Assembly: GCA_039024555.1 (NCBI GenBank)
Contig: JBCCQQ010000075.1
Location: 1-27,787 of the forward strand
DNA length: 27,787 nucleotides
Origin: Cyanobacteria bacterium P01_D01_bin.156
GTDB lineage: Bacteria > Cyanobacteriota > Cyanobacteriia > Phormidesmidales > Phormidesmidaceae
Direction: 5' to 3'
The position numbers were made by a program, and so were the translations under genes. A model generated the notes under the pieces. That model searched no databases and was not told where the DNA came from. It was given only the letters and a program-made list of their open reading frames with translations. Of this stretch, positions 1-8,775 are shown one piece after another; position 1 is the stretch's first letter; each line of letters begins with the position of its first letter.

Positions 1-120
1 CGAAATGTCTTAGAGTACATGACCGAGGCCTGTCGTGCTGCTCGTGAGGGCAAACCAGCCCCGCCTTTGCTACCGCAACAACAACCTCTTGAGCAAGCTC
101 AGGACTCACCTGCTGCCTGA
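1..120 (+). CDS. IS66-family transposase, C-terminal fragment (runs in from window edge)
   Basis: Frame 1 reads RNVLEYMTEACRAAREGKPAPPLLPQQQPLEQAQDSPAA* (TGA 118-120). This matches the 'RNVLE...A...G.PAPSLLP' tail typical of cyanobacterial IS66 transposases. It is not in the ORF track because its start lies outside the window. Confidence 0.8.
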   Translation, partial: RNVLEYMTEACRAAREGKPAPPLLPQQQPLEQAQDSPAA

Positions 121-137
121 CCCCCGTGGTCGGTTAC
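1..137 (+). mobile_element. Right end of IS66-family IS, terminal inverted repeat ending ...GGTTAC at 137
   Basis: CCCCCGTGGTCGGTTAC (121-137) directly follows the stop. Its reverse complement begins GTAA, the usual IS66 terminus. The left end is not visible, so the target duplication cannot be verified. Confidence 0.7.
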
Positions 138-196
138 GAAATATCAGGTACACCTGCAAAATTGGCCTGTGCTTGCTTTTTAGCAACGCATAACCC

Positions 197-2914
197 TTAC
201 TCGCTCTCACCAATGAGGGTGAATGCCGCCCAATCCTTTGGATCGGGATAGGTTTTTAGGGTTTCTAGCATGGCCTGACGTAGTGCTTGGGCTTTATTGT
301 GCCCTTTTGAACGCATTTGCCGATAGAACTCAGTCATCAGCTCTGCAGTAGGCGCATCTGGTACCGACCATAGTGATACGATCACGCTAGGCACGCCTGC
401 ACTGATAAGCGATCGCGACAGGCCAATCACACCGTCACCACGGATTGCCCCTTGCCCAGTATCACAGGCACTGAGCACAACTAAGTCAGCAACCAGCTCC
501 ATTTCTAAAAGTTCGCTAGCAGTCAGCAAGCCATCTTCATCCTCACCAGGGGTTAGGGCGATGGCTCCTGGAATTTCTTGGGAGTCTGTCGCTTGTCCAA
601 ATTCTAGCAATCCGTGGGTTGCTAGATGAATTAGCCGCATCCGGGCAATAGCTTGTTTGACCCTTGCCTCTGTGGCGTCGGGACCAATGTAAGCTTGAGT
701 TCCAAAACTTGAGGCAATCTCTATAGCCTCAGTTTCTGCCCCTGGTAGCTTAGCTAAATTACGTAGAGACTCATTTTCGGCAAATTCAATTTCAGAGGTA
801 TCTGGGTTGCCTATTACTAGCACCTCATTGCCATTCATTTCCCCGCGATTGCCATGGGACAATCGTTTCTGATAGGTCAAATCTAATACCTGGATAGCAG
901 GTGCTGTTAAGACAGTATGATGCTGGATCAAATAGCTACCATCTGATGCTTTCAGGGCAGGGAAAGGTACGAGCGACAGCTGGCCCTGAGGAATAAAAAT
1001 GATTTGTTCTGTCTCATCAGAGGGTAGGTGTCGCTTAATAGGATCGATCAGCAGGTCATAGAGCTTATCTAAGTTATCAGCTTCAAGGATAGGATTATAG
1101 GATGTTGCAGGTACCAAGCCACCTCGACTACGGCTCCCCAATGCTTGCCGACTTGATGTGATCAACTCGCTGATCGAAGATGATGTGTTGTTGAGGTATA
1201 TTTTCTCAAACTTGATATCATCTGCGGTAACGACCCAGATCAGCAGAAGTTGCTCATCATAAATGAGAGAGTATTCCACTAACGTTGCTTTGTGAAGACG
1301 AGCAACGTTTTGCATTTGGGCCGCAGATAGAGGTGTAGCTACTCTGCCCTCGATTTGTTCAGGAGATAGCCGCTGAGATAGTAAATCCACAAAAGCACGG
1401 GCACGACTGCGTTCGGCAACTTCCAAAGCAGCGGCTTCCTTATCTTGTCGGATTAGGACATCTTGAAGGGTTTCGTAAGCATTGCCTTGGGTGTCAAAGA
1501 TGGAAATTTTATCTTGATCAGTTAGGCCACCTCTCAGGGTGTCTTGAATGGCAATAGATTCGTAGAGTACTTGCTCGGCATCGGCAAGGCGATTCATATC
1601 CCGATAGGTAAAGCCCATACCACCATATGCAGCGGCTTCAGACCGCTTTTCGCCAATATTCTTGAAGCGATTAGCTGCTTGTTCATAATACTGAACAGCT
1701 TGAGTGTAATTGTCTTGCTGATAATAGTGATAGCCGAGTTGCATCAAGGCCCAGCCTTCTTTAGAGGGATCATTAATGGCACGGGCATGATCTAAAGATT
1801 GTCTCAAACCTACAAGGGCTTCTTCAGGCGTTTGTAGGAGAGAGCGATTACTAAGAATCAACGACATCAACGACCGGTTATTTATAGATTCGGCGATGTC
1901 ATAGCTCTGGCTGTACATCTGATAGGCTAGTTCAATCTCATCTTGCTCAGCTGCGATTAATCCCAGGGACATCAAAACTGAAGATTCACCTGATTTGTTA
2001 TTTGTACTACGCATTAACGGTAAACTTTCTTCTAAAGTTTGCTGAGCCCGCTCGTAATTACCCAGGTAAAAGTATGTGCCTGCAACGTTAAGCAAAGCAA
2101 TACTAATGCTACCAGGATTATCGCTAGTACGTGCGAGTTCCAAATTGCGTTGGTGTACTTCTAGGGCTGTAGGATAGTTGCCCAAGTCGGCATAGACACT
2201 TCCAAGCCGTTGTAGGACAAACCCCTGGGAATCAATATCATTAAGTTCCTCTGCAATTGCAAGGCTATCCTCGAGAATACGAATGGCCTCAGTATCTTGC
2301 CCAAGATTACTGTAGGCCGATCCTAAATTCCACAATGCTTTCATTTCAGCTTTACGATCTTGATTTTGACGAGCGATTTCAAGGCTACGATTTAGGACAC
2401 TGATAGCCTCCTCATTCCGGTTTGCTCTTTCATAGGCGAAACCTAATGTGTTAAGGACATTGGTTAAAGCATCCAGGTCATCAACTTGTGTAGCAAGGTC
2501 AGCAGCATGATTCAATCTGGTGATTGCGTCATCATGTCTGTCTAAACTTGCGTAGTTACTACCCAGATTGTTTAGCGCTAGGACTTCCCAGTCTGTTTCA
2601 CCCGCAGAATGAGAAAGTTGAACGGCCTGTTCTAAGTATTCAACTGCTGTAATGTGGCCACCTAAATTACCGTAAATGGTTCCCATATTTAAGAGTGTTA
2701 AAGCTTCACCGCCAACATCATTTAACTGTTGAAACTTATGCAGCACAGTCTCATAACAAGAGAGTGCTTCTGTATAGTTGCGATTTGATGACATTTCATA
2801 ACAGTCACGATGCTCTTCCCAAACAGCGTGTGATGAGTCTTGAGCTTTTGCGACAGAGATAAAGGTTGTGAATAAAAGACTAATAGCTATAGGCGTAAAT
2901 AGGCCCGATCGCAT
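197..2914 (-). CDS. Exported TPR-CHAT protease (clan CD), 905 aa
   Basis: Sec-like signal (MRSGLFTPIAISLLFTTFISVAKA-QD), roughly 10-11 TPR repeats, ERSRARAFVDLL linker, CHAT motifs IHLATHG and VVLSACDTG, C-terminal WAAFTLIG. Confidence 0.93.
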   Translation of the reverse strand: MRSGLFTPIAISLLFTTFISVAKAQDSSHAVWEEHRDCYEMSSNRNYTEALSCYETVLHKFQQLNDVGGEALTLLNMGTIYGNLGGHITAVEYLEQAVQLSHSAGETDWEVLALNNLGSNYASLDRHDDAITRLNHAADLATQVDDLDALTNVLNTLGFAYERANRNEEAISVLNRSLEIARQNQDRKAEMKALWNLGSAYSNLGQDTEAIRILEDSLAIAEELNDIDSQGFVLQRLGSVYADLGNYPTALEVHQRNLELARTSDNPGSISIALLNVAGTYFYLGNYERAQQTLEESLPLMRSTNNKSGESSVLMSLGLIAAEQDEIELAYQMYSQSYDIAESINNRSLMSLILSNRSLLQTPEEALVGLRQSLDHARAINDPSKEGWALMQLGYHYYQQDNYTQAVQYYEQAANRFKNIGEKRSEAAAYGGMGFTYRDMNRLADAEQVLYESIAIQDTLRGGLTDQDKISIFDTQGNAYETLQDVLIRQDKEAAALEVAERSRARAFVDLLSQRLSPEQIEGRVATPLSAAQMQNVARLHKATLVEYSLIYDEQLLLIWVVTADDIKFEKIYLNNTSSSISELITSSRQALGSRSRGGLVPATSYNPILEADNLDKLYDLLIDPIKRHLPSDETEQIIFIPQGQLSLVPFPALKASDGSYLIQHHTVLTAPAIQVLDLTYQKRLSHGNRGEMNGNEVLVIGNPDTSEIEFAENESLRNLAKLPGAETEAIEIASSFGTQAYIGPDATEARVKQAIARMRLIHLATHGLLEFGQATDSQEIPGAIALTPGEDEDGLLTASELLEMELVADLVVLSACDTGQGAIRGDGVIGLSRSLISAGVPSVIVSLWSVPDAPTAELMTEFYRQMRSKGHNKAQALRQAMLETLKTYPDPKDWAAFTLIGESE
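409..416. repeat. HIP1 octamer GCGATCGC (first of at least 7 copies)
   Basis: Copies read at 409, 4864, 6266, 16344, 16511, 25277 and 25687. Fewer than one would be expected by chance for an 8-mer in 27.8 kb. Hallmark of cyanobacterial genomes. Confidence 0.8.
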
Positions 2915-3258
2915 GAATTTGACTCCAATCTAGCTTTATTTAAGACTAATCCTTAAATCAAGACAAGATTTCACACAATTAATTCACTTGATATAAAATT
3001 TACGGATTGGTGCAGAAAAGATGATTAGATGACAGATAGACTAATGAGAAACTCATGAAGTTATCTAAAGCATTAAATGTTGCACCTTCAGAGACTTATC
3101 ATTTAATGGAGAAGGTTTATTAGATCTAATACATGCGTCGTAGTCTGCTTTGGATCGAGCCTTTTACGTTAGTACTTTGGAATTTACCTGTGAGTGTAAA
3201 GGTCAGACTTGACAGAGAGGAATCCGCAGGACTCTCTAACTGGAGTAGTGGAATAAAT

Positions 3259-3939
3259 ATGTTTGGGGGTTTTGTGCCTGCCTTAATCTTAATGGGTTCA
3301 TTGGTTTTGATGTCCTGTTCTAGTCAAGCAGTCGATTCTGAGCAGGTAGTTCAGGAAGCTGATCCCCGTGATAACTTTGAAAAGTCTATACCTGTGGCTC
3401 TTTCAACAAATAAACAATCTGTCAAGTCAAACGATATTACAATCCCAAGCACTTATCAAATAACGATTCAGGGAGAAACTGAAGCAGGTGCTTTTAATGA
3501 AATAGAGGCTACTTTAGAACTGAAGCCCACGGATGACCCAGATTCCAATCCGATTTTAGTAGAGCTTTACCCGAGCAATTTTAACCAGGACAGTTTGACG
3601 AATGGTCATCTATTTTGGCAGTCTTACACCCCTGAGCTGCCCACCGCGGATGAACATTTCAGTCGAGTGACGGTGGAGGGTAATCAAGTCAGTTTAGAGG
3701 TGAATCCAAGTGAGACATTCCGCAGTGATGTGATGTGGTTTACCCAATTGACGGGCACGTTAGCCGAGCTCCCTGGAATGCAAAGGGAATCAACAAGATT
3801 GGGGGCTATGGCTGAAACGGGTACATTGACTTTTCAAGTTCAAGGTTCTCGCATAATGGGCGAAGTAGCCATTACTGGAATATCGGATTTAGGCACTCCG
3901 AGTACTTACACGGCAACTTTTTCAGGACAGGTTCTGTAG
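3259..3939 (+). CDS. Putative lipoprotein, beta-rich, unknown function (ORF open from 3133)
   Basis: In-frame ATG at 3259 gives a hydrophobic stretch ending in lipobox-like LMS-C (MFGGFVPALILMGSLVLMSC). The remainder has alternating beta-strand-like patterns. It ends 14 bp before the next gene. Start choice is inferred. Confidence 0.7.
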   Translation: MFGGFVPALILMGSLVLMSCSSQAVDSEQVVQEADPRDNFEKSIPVALSTNKQSVKSNDITIPSTYQITIQGETEAGAFNEIEATLELKPTDDPDSNPILVELYPSNFNQDSLTNGHLFWQSYTPELPTADEHFSRVTVEGNQVSLEVNPSETFRSDVMWFTQLTGTLAELPGMQRESTRLGAMAETGTLTFQVQGSRIMGEVAITGISDLGTPSTYTATFSGQVL

Positions 3940-3953
3940 CATTAGGCTGGGAG

Positions 3954-6482
3954 ATGCAATCTAAGGTTAAGGTCTTAGTTATTGGGCTATTGATAGGACT
4001 GGCGCTAAGCGGGTTTATTGGTATCGTACAAACGCGCTTAAATGCTATGAGCGCTAACGATAGCATGGTCAATGTTTCTGCTCAATATCAGTTTTTAGGG
4101 GACGACTCACCCCGGATTGAGGCCTTAGAGGGCAATCCTAATTGGAGCACTGACAGAGTTTTTAAGATGTTTAGCAGCGGACAGTGGCAGCTTTTTTCTA
4201 ATGGACAGTTTGTATTCCAGCCTGGACCTACAGCCTCTGTTCGAAGGGATTTATTCCCAATTAGAGGAACCTACACGACAGGAGATGGGGAAATACTGTT
4301 TCAGGCCGAACGTCGGTCAGAGAGTACCAGTGCAGTAGCTTCTGTGGATGGCATGCTGATGCTAAACGGAGAGCAGGCGACGGTTGAAATCATTTACACG
4401 GTTGTTGCGTTAGACTCACAGCGTGTAGTTCATGTTTCGCAAGCACTTTTGCCGGTATCAAACGATGAACTGATTGAGAACGTTCCCTTCTCTTCCCCAA
4501 CTAACGAGCCCTTATTTGAGGGCACTTGGCAGCTACCCGATTTGGAAACGCTCGAACTGCAGCAACGTGGGCAACAGGTAGAAGGAACCTATACCGGACG
4601 TGGCGGTGGACAGATATCAGGACAAGTAGAAGGGAGTTGGTTATCGTTTACTTGGCAAGATCCCCAGGAAATGGGTCGAGGTTTTTTGCGTGCTGTTTCC
4701 CAAGGAAGAACTTTAGCTGGTCTGTTAGAAACACGTGCAGGTGAGCTCAGTAATTTGCTTGCAACTCGAACCAGCGCTCCGGAAATTAATGAGGATGAGC
4801 TGGCTTCATTGAGTCGTGAAGGCTTGAGAGATCAGGGATACAGTTATGTCTTGGATAGTCAGTGCGATCGCGCGATCCCCTATCTTGATCGTGCCCTATC
4901 GCTATACAGGGCTGATAGGGATAATCCTGAAATTTGGGAGGTTATGCGAGATTCAGCCCTGATTGATGAAATCAATATTTCAACTCGCTTGATCCATTGC
5001 CATTTTCAGTTGAAGAATTACGAGCCACTATTGGATGCGCTTATCGATACAGTGGAAATTCGACGGATACTGAGTGACCGCCCCTATCTTTCTAATCTAG
5101 CCCAGGAGAATTTAGATAACTTAGCATCACGTTTGGAAAACTGGCGCTCCAGGCTGGCTGAAGATACAGCAAGAATTTCTGCCGTGGATCAGGGTCAGCG
5201 TTTTTTTGATACGCTGGTGCGAGTATTTGTGGAATTGAGTGATAGAAATTCGGATAGTTACGAAGCGGCATTAGTGGCTTCAGAGCAAAGTCGAGCACGG
5301 GCCTTTGCCGATTTGCTCTATCGTAAATTGTCAGCTGACCAGGCATCTGAATTTGTTACAGCCCAATCACTGTCTACAAGCGATATCAAGGAAATCGCTC
5401 GAGAGCAAAGTGCAACGTTGGTGGAATATTTCTATGCAGAGGATGTCCAGCAGCTCTACACCTGGGTTGTTCAGCCAACAGGGGATATCCATTTTCAAGC
5501 AACAACCGTTCAAGATAATTTAGATGAGCTGGTTCAGTTGACCCGATCTTCGTTTGAGCGACGGCGAGGAGGTTTTGAACTTGTGTCAGGGGCGGAAGTT
5601 ACTGCTGAGTTAGATTTGTTACCTGAGTTACATCGGTTACTGATTGAACCCATCACAACGCTTTTACCTAGTGATCCTATGGATCGAATCATCTTTATTC
5701 CCCAAGGCCAGCTGTTTTTGGTGCCTTTTCCGGCATTAAGATCTAAAGATGGAGCTTATCTGATTGAACAGCATACCGTGCAGACTGCACCTTCGATTCA
5801 GGCGATTGATTTGATCCACCAGCGATATGAGGGGGGGATCCAACAGCGCAACTGGCAGTCAGAGGATTTTTTAATTGTTGGGGATCCGGAAATGCCTGAA
5901 GTTCGTTTGCGTACTGATTCCGAACCTATACAGTTACCTAGTCTGGCAGGGGCTAAGAATGAGGCTGAGGCAATTGGTAAGCTGTTTGAAGCACCGTTTT
6001 TGACGGGGAATGTGGCAAGCGAGTTGCGGGTCACTGAGCAGATGGAGGTAGCCAGAGTTATCCACCTGGCTACTCATGGTCTGTTGGAATATGCAGAATC
6101 AGAGCAGATCCCTGGGGCGCTGGCATTTGCCCCCACGGAGGGGTTGGATGGTTTGTTGACATCAAGCGACATCTTAGAGCTAGAACTTAAAGCAGATTTA
6201 GTCGTACTGAGTGCTTGTGATACAGGGCGTGGCCAAATCACAGGGGATGGAGTCGTAGGGCTATCGCGATCGCTGTTGCAGGCAGGGGCAGCAAGTGTTG
6301 TCGTGTCGCTATGGGCAGTGCCTGATGCAGCAACGGCAGCGTTAATGATTGATTTTTATCAGCGGCTTAAGCAGGGTGAGGAAAAAACTCAAGCATTACG
6401 GCAGGCGATGCTGTCCACGATGGATGACTATCCTGAACCTGACAACTGGGCTGCATTTACATTAATTGGAGAAGCCCAGTAA
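3954..6482 (+). CDS. CHAT protease with N-terminal signal/TM anchor, beta-rich domains and a short helical/TPR-like region, 842 aa
   Basis: Hydrophobic N-terminus (VLVIGLLIGLALSGFIGIV), beta-rich segment FEGTW...VEGTY...ISGQVEG...FTW, SEQSRARAF linker, IHLATHG and VVLSACDTG, WAAFTLIG end. Confidence 0.92.
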   Translation: MQSKVKVLVIGLLIGLALSGFIGIVQTRLNAMSANDSMVNVSAQYQFLGDDSPRIEALEGNPNWSTDRVFKMFSSGQWQLFSNGQFVFQPGPTASVRRDLFPIRGTYTTGDGEILFQAERRSESTSAVASVDGMLMLNGEQATVEIIYTVVALDSQRVVHVSQALLPVSNDELIENVPFSSPTNEPLFEGTWQLPDLETLELQQRGQQVEGTYTGRGGGQISGQVEGSWLSFTWQDPQEMGRGFLRAVSQGRTLAGLLETRAGELSNLLATRTSAPEINEDELASLSREGLRDQGYSYVLDSQCDRAIPYLDRALSLYRADRDNPEIWEVMRDSALIDEINISTRLIHCHFQLKNYEPLLDALIDTVEIRRILSDRPYLSNLAQENLDNLASRLENWRSRLAEDTARISAVDQGQRFFDTLVRVFVELSDRNSDSYEAALVASEQSRARAFADLLYRKLSADQASEFVTAQSLSTSDIKEIAREQSATLVEYFYAEDVQQLYTWVVQPTGDIHFQATTVQDNLDELVQLTRSSFERRRGGFELVSGAEVTAELDLLPELHRLLIEPITTLLPSDPMDRIIFIPQGQLFLVPFPALRSKDGAYLIEQHTVQTAPSIQAIDLIHQRYEGGIQQRNWQSEDFLIVGDPEMPEVRLRTDSEPIQLPSLAGAKNEAEAIGKLFEAPFLTGNVASELRVTEQMEVARVIHLATHGLLEYAESEQIPGALAFAPTEGLDGLLTSSDILELELKADLVVLSACDTGRGQITGDGVVGLSRSLLQAGAASVVVSLWAVPDAATAALMIDFYQRLKQGEEKTQALRQAMLSTMDDYPEPDNWAAFTLIGEAQ

Positions 6483-6512
6483 GGATATTGACGCAAGGGT
6501 GTCTTGTAAAAA

Positions 6513-8297
6513 TTAATACTGGTAGTTCACGTTGAAGTAAAAGCCCTGGTCTTGAGCATTACCGCCTTCGTCATCTATCTCGACGATAGGAACAGCATAG
6601 TCCAAGCGTATGTTGAACCCATCAATAGGTTCGTAGAGAAAGCCTAAGCCTGCCCCAGCCAGGAAATTTTGATCGCCTAGCCTATTCGGATTATCTGCAT
6701 TATTCCAGATAGCTCCCATATCAATGAAGGGGGCAATTTGAATCACAGGTTCGTCATCCTCCTCATCTCGGGTGAGGGTAATGCGGTCTTCTATTGAAAA
6801 TCGAAAACCACTGTCGCCCGCGCGAACGTTTTGGCGATAGCCTCGCAAAGACTGACCGCCGCCAATGACAAACTGTTCTGATGGCAACAGACTATCGGGG
6901 GTAAGCTGTAAATCACCTTGAATAATTAAAAGATTATCATCACTAAGTCGCTGCACCCGCTGAACCTGGCCTAGCCAGCTAAAGAACTGGCTATCTGGTA
7001 CTGAACCCTCATTATTCGTCGCGTCGAAGAGGTCAGTGCCAATGTTGAACTGAGATCGCAATGCCCAGGCTCCTTGACTATCCCGGCGAATATAATCTTG
7101 ACCAAACCCAAAGACACTGGTACGACTAATGCCTGTATCTTTGTCAGGGCCAATCCCAAAGCTAAAAGGAACTTCTCCCAGGAAGGTTTGACCATCCCGA
7201 TAAGTAAACCCGGTAGACAGCGCCAACTCTTCACGCAGAGTGCGAATCAACGGCTGGCGAAAACTAACTTCATAGCGGTCAACCTCGCCATCGATTTCCC
7301 CTGCAAAAGCCCCCTGAGTGACTTCATTGTCATCAAAGACAGCTCGCAACGAAATAGTTCCATCCATGGCGTTGACGGGCAGTCGATAGCCCAGATCCCA
7401 AATGCTAGAGCCACCTGTCGTCGAGCGATAGTAGCTAGCCGATAGCGTATCGCCCCAACCCGATAGATTTTGGTAATCCAACGATACGCCTAAACGCTCT
7501 GATCCGATGCTTGGGGGGGAATAGTTATCAACACTGAGTCCAAATCGCCAGGGATCGACCTCCTGGGTCTCCACTCTCAAAATAGGCTCACCAGGGATTT
7601 CACTCGGCTGCAAGCGACCCCGAATGTTCTCTAACAGGGGATCGGCTCTGAGCAGACGTAGCTGTTCTTCTAGCCGATTGGCATTTAGGGGCGTGGTGAC
7701 TCCGCGTTGCAGGCGTGCTCTGACGTACCCAGATCGCAGCCGTTCCAGACCCTCGATCTGGATTTCACCTAAGCGACCCTCAATTATCTGAATTTGAATG
7801 ATCCCGTCTGTAATCTCTTGCTCTGGTAAAACTGCACGGGAAGTCACGTAACCTGCCTCTAGATAGAGCTGAGTAATGGCATCAGCTGCCTGAGCCAATT
7901 CTTCAACTGTGACCTCCTGACCTTCCAAAGGTTGGGTGATTAACAGTAGCGCTTCTGGATCGAGGACAGTATTACCAATGACCTCAATCCTTTCTACTAA
8001 AATCCTGGTTTGAGCGTCTGTCTCCAAAGGTGCTTCTATAGGGACGATCGGCTCTGACAGTTCTGTTTCTGAGTCTTCTGGGATTTGGGTTGGCAGCTCA
8101 GGATTAGGCGACAAAAACCGGTCTTGATTGGGATTAGGCTGCTGAGCAAGGGGTTGGCTTCCCAATTCATTGCCTAAAGAATGTGTAAAAGATGGCAAAG
8201 AAGCATATAAAAAACTCGCATCATACGCGATAGCAACAATGCTAGATGCAAGCGCCCTCAGGACCTTGGAACATATTCTGTTTTTATATAACCGCAT
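6513..8297 (-). CDS. ShlB/FhaC/HecB-family two-partner secretion outer-membrane transporter (TpsB, Omp85 superfamily)
   Basis: POTRA-like segments (VERIEVIGNTVL...ITQLYLEAGYVTSRA...IEGRL), DNYSPPSIGSER barrel start, GGGQSLRGY (VRGY-loop equivalent), aromatic C-terminus FNVNYQY. Confidence 0.93.
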   Translation of the reverse strand: MRLYKNRICSKVLRALASSIVAIAYDASFLYASLPSFTHSLGNELGSQPLAQQPNPNQDRFLSPNPELPTQIPEDSETELSEPIVPIEAPLETDAQTRILVERIEVIGNTVLDPEALLLITQPLEGQEVTVEELAQAADAITQLYLEAGYVTSRAVLPEQEITDGIIQIQIIEGRLGEIQIEGLERLRSGYVRARLQRGVTTPLNANRLEEQLRLLRADPLLENIRGRLQPSEIPGEPILRVETQEVDPWRFGLSVDNYSPPSIGSERLGVSLDYQNLSGWGDTLSASYYRSTTGGSSIWDLGYRLPVNAMDGTISLRAVFDDNEVTQGAFAGEIDGEVDRYEVSFRQPLIRTLREELALSTGFTYRDGQTFLGEVPFSFGIGPDKDTGISRTSVFGFGQDYIRRDSQGAWALRSQFNIGTDLFDATNNEGSVPDSQFFSWLGQVQRVQRLSDDNLLIIQGDLQLTPDSLLPSEQFVIGGGQSLRGYRQNVRAGDSGFRFSIEDRITLTRDEEDDEPVIQIAPFIDMGAIWNNADNPNRLGDQNFLAGAGLGFLYEPIDGFNIRLDYAVPIVEIDDEGGNAQDQGFYFNVNYQY

Positions 8298-8619
8298 CTG
8301 AACTATTTACAGGAACTTTATGAAAAATGAGAATTCTAAGGTGTGATCAGATGGATTGTCACTTTTCCAAGTAAGAGCTTGACAACTCAATACTTAGCTG
8401 TAATAAGTTTAGTATTAACGGAATGGAGCAAGAAAACAAGCATTTTTCGCTTCTGGAAGTCTTTTTTAACAATTGCTCAACCTTTTAAGCTTGAGTTTTT
8501 TCTTATTTTGATGGGGACACGCAAAAGTTTTTCTTGATCTTGAGTACCCATAAGGGTAATTGTCTCAAGACGGTAAAACGCGTATAACGTTGAAAACTAT
8601 GCTTTTATGTATTTTTGGC

Positions 8620-8640
8620 CTTGATTGAAATTCATTCAAG
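8620..8640. promoter_or_regulatory. Near-perfect 21-bp palindrome in the tpsB/tpsA divergent intergenic region (candidate operator)
   Basis: CTTGA-T-TGAA-A-TTCA-T-TCAAG has 9 of 10 dyad pairs matching. Function is inferred from position only. Confidence 0.3.
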
Positions 8641-8775
8641 CCTTTGTATCGTAAAAGTTTATACATGTGTTCAATCTTCCCGGAATTGAGTGTGTCTGCT
8701 AGATAAGTTTGAGAATCCTACACAGAGGATTCGTTGAAATAATTTACACACTACACAAGATTAGTATTTCTAAAA

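Noticed and set aside
170..190. Weak hairpins after the first gene and between the convergent stops at 6483-6512 as terminators
   Set aside because: Stems are only ~5 bp and lack convincing U-tracts.
8343..8537. 64-aa ORF in the divergent intergenic region
   Set aside because: Short, AT-rich, no motif; likely promoter DNA.
8651..8664. NtcA-like GTA-N8-TAC site
   Set aside because: No TAN3T -10 box at the canonical ~22 bp spacing on either strand; such a match is expected by chance in AT-rich DNA.
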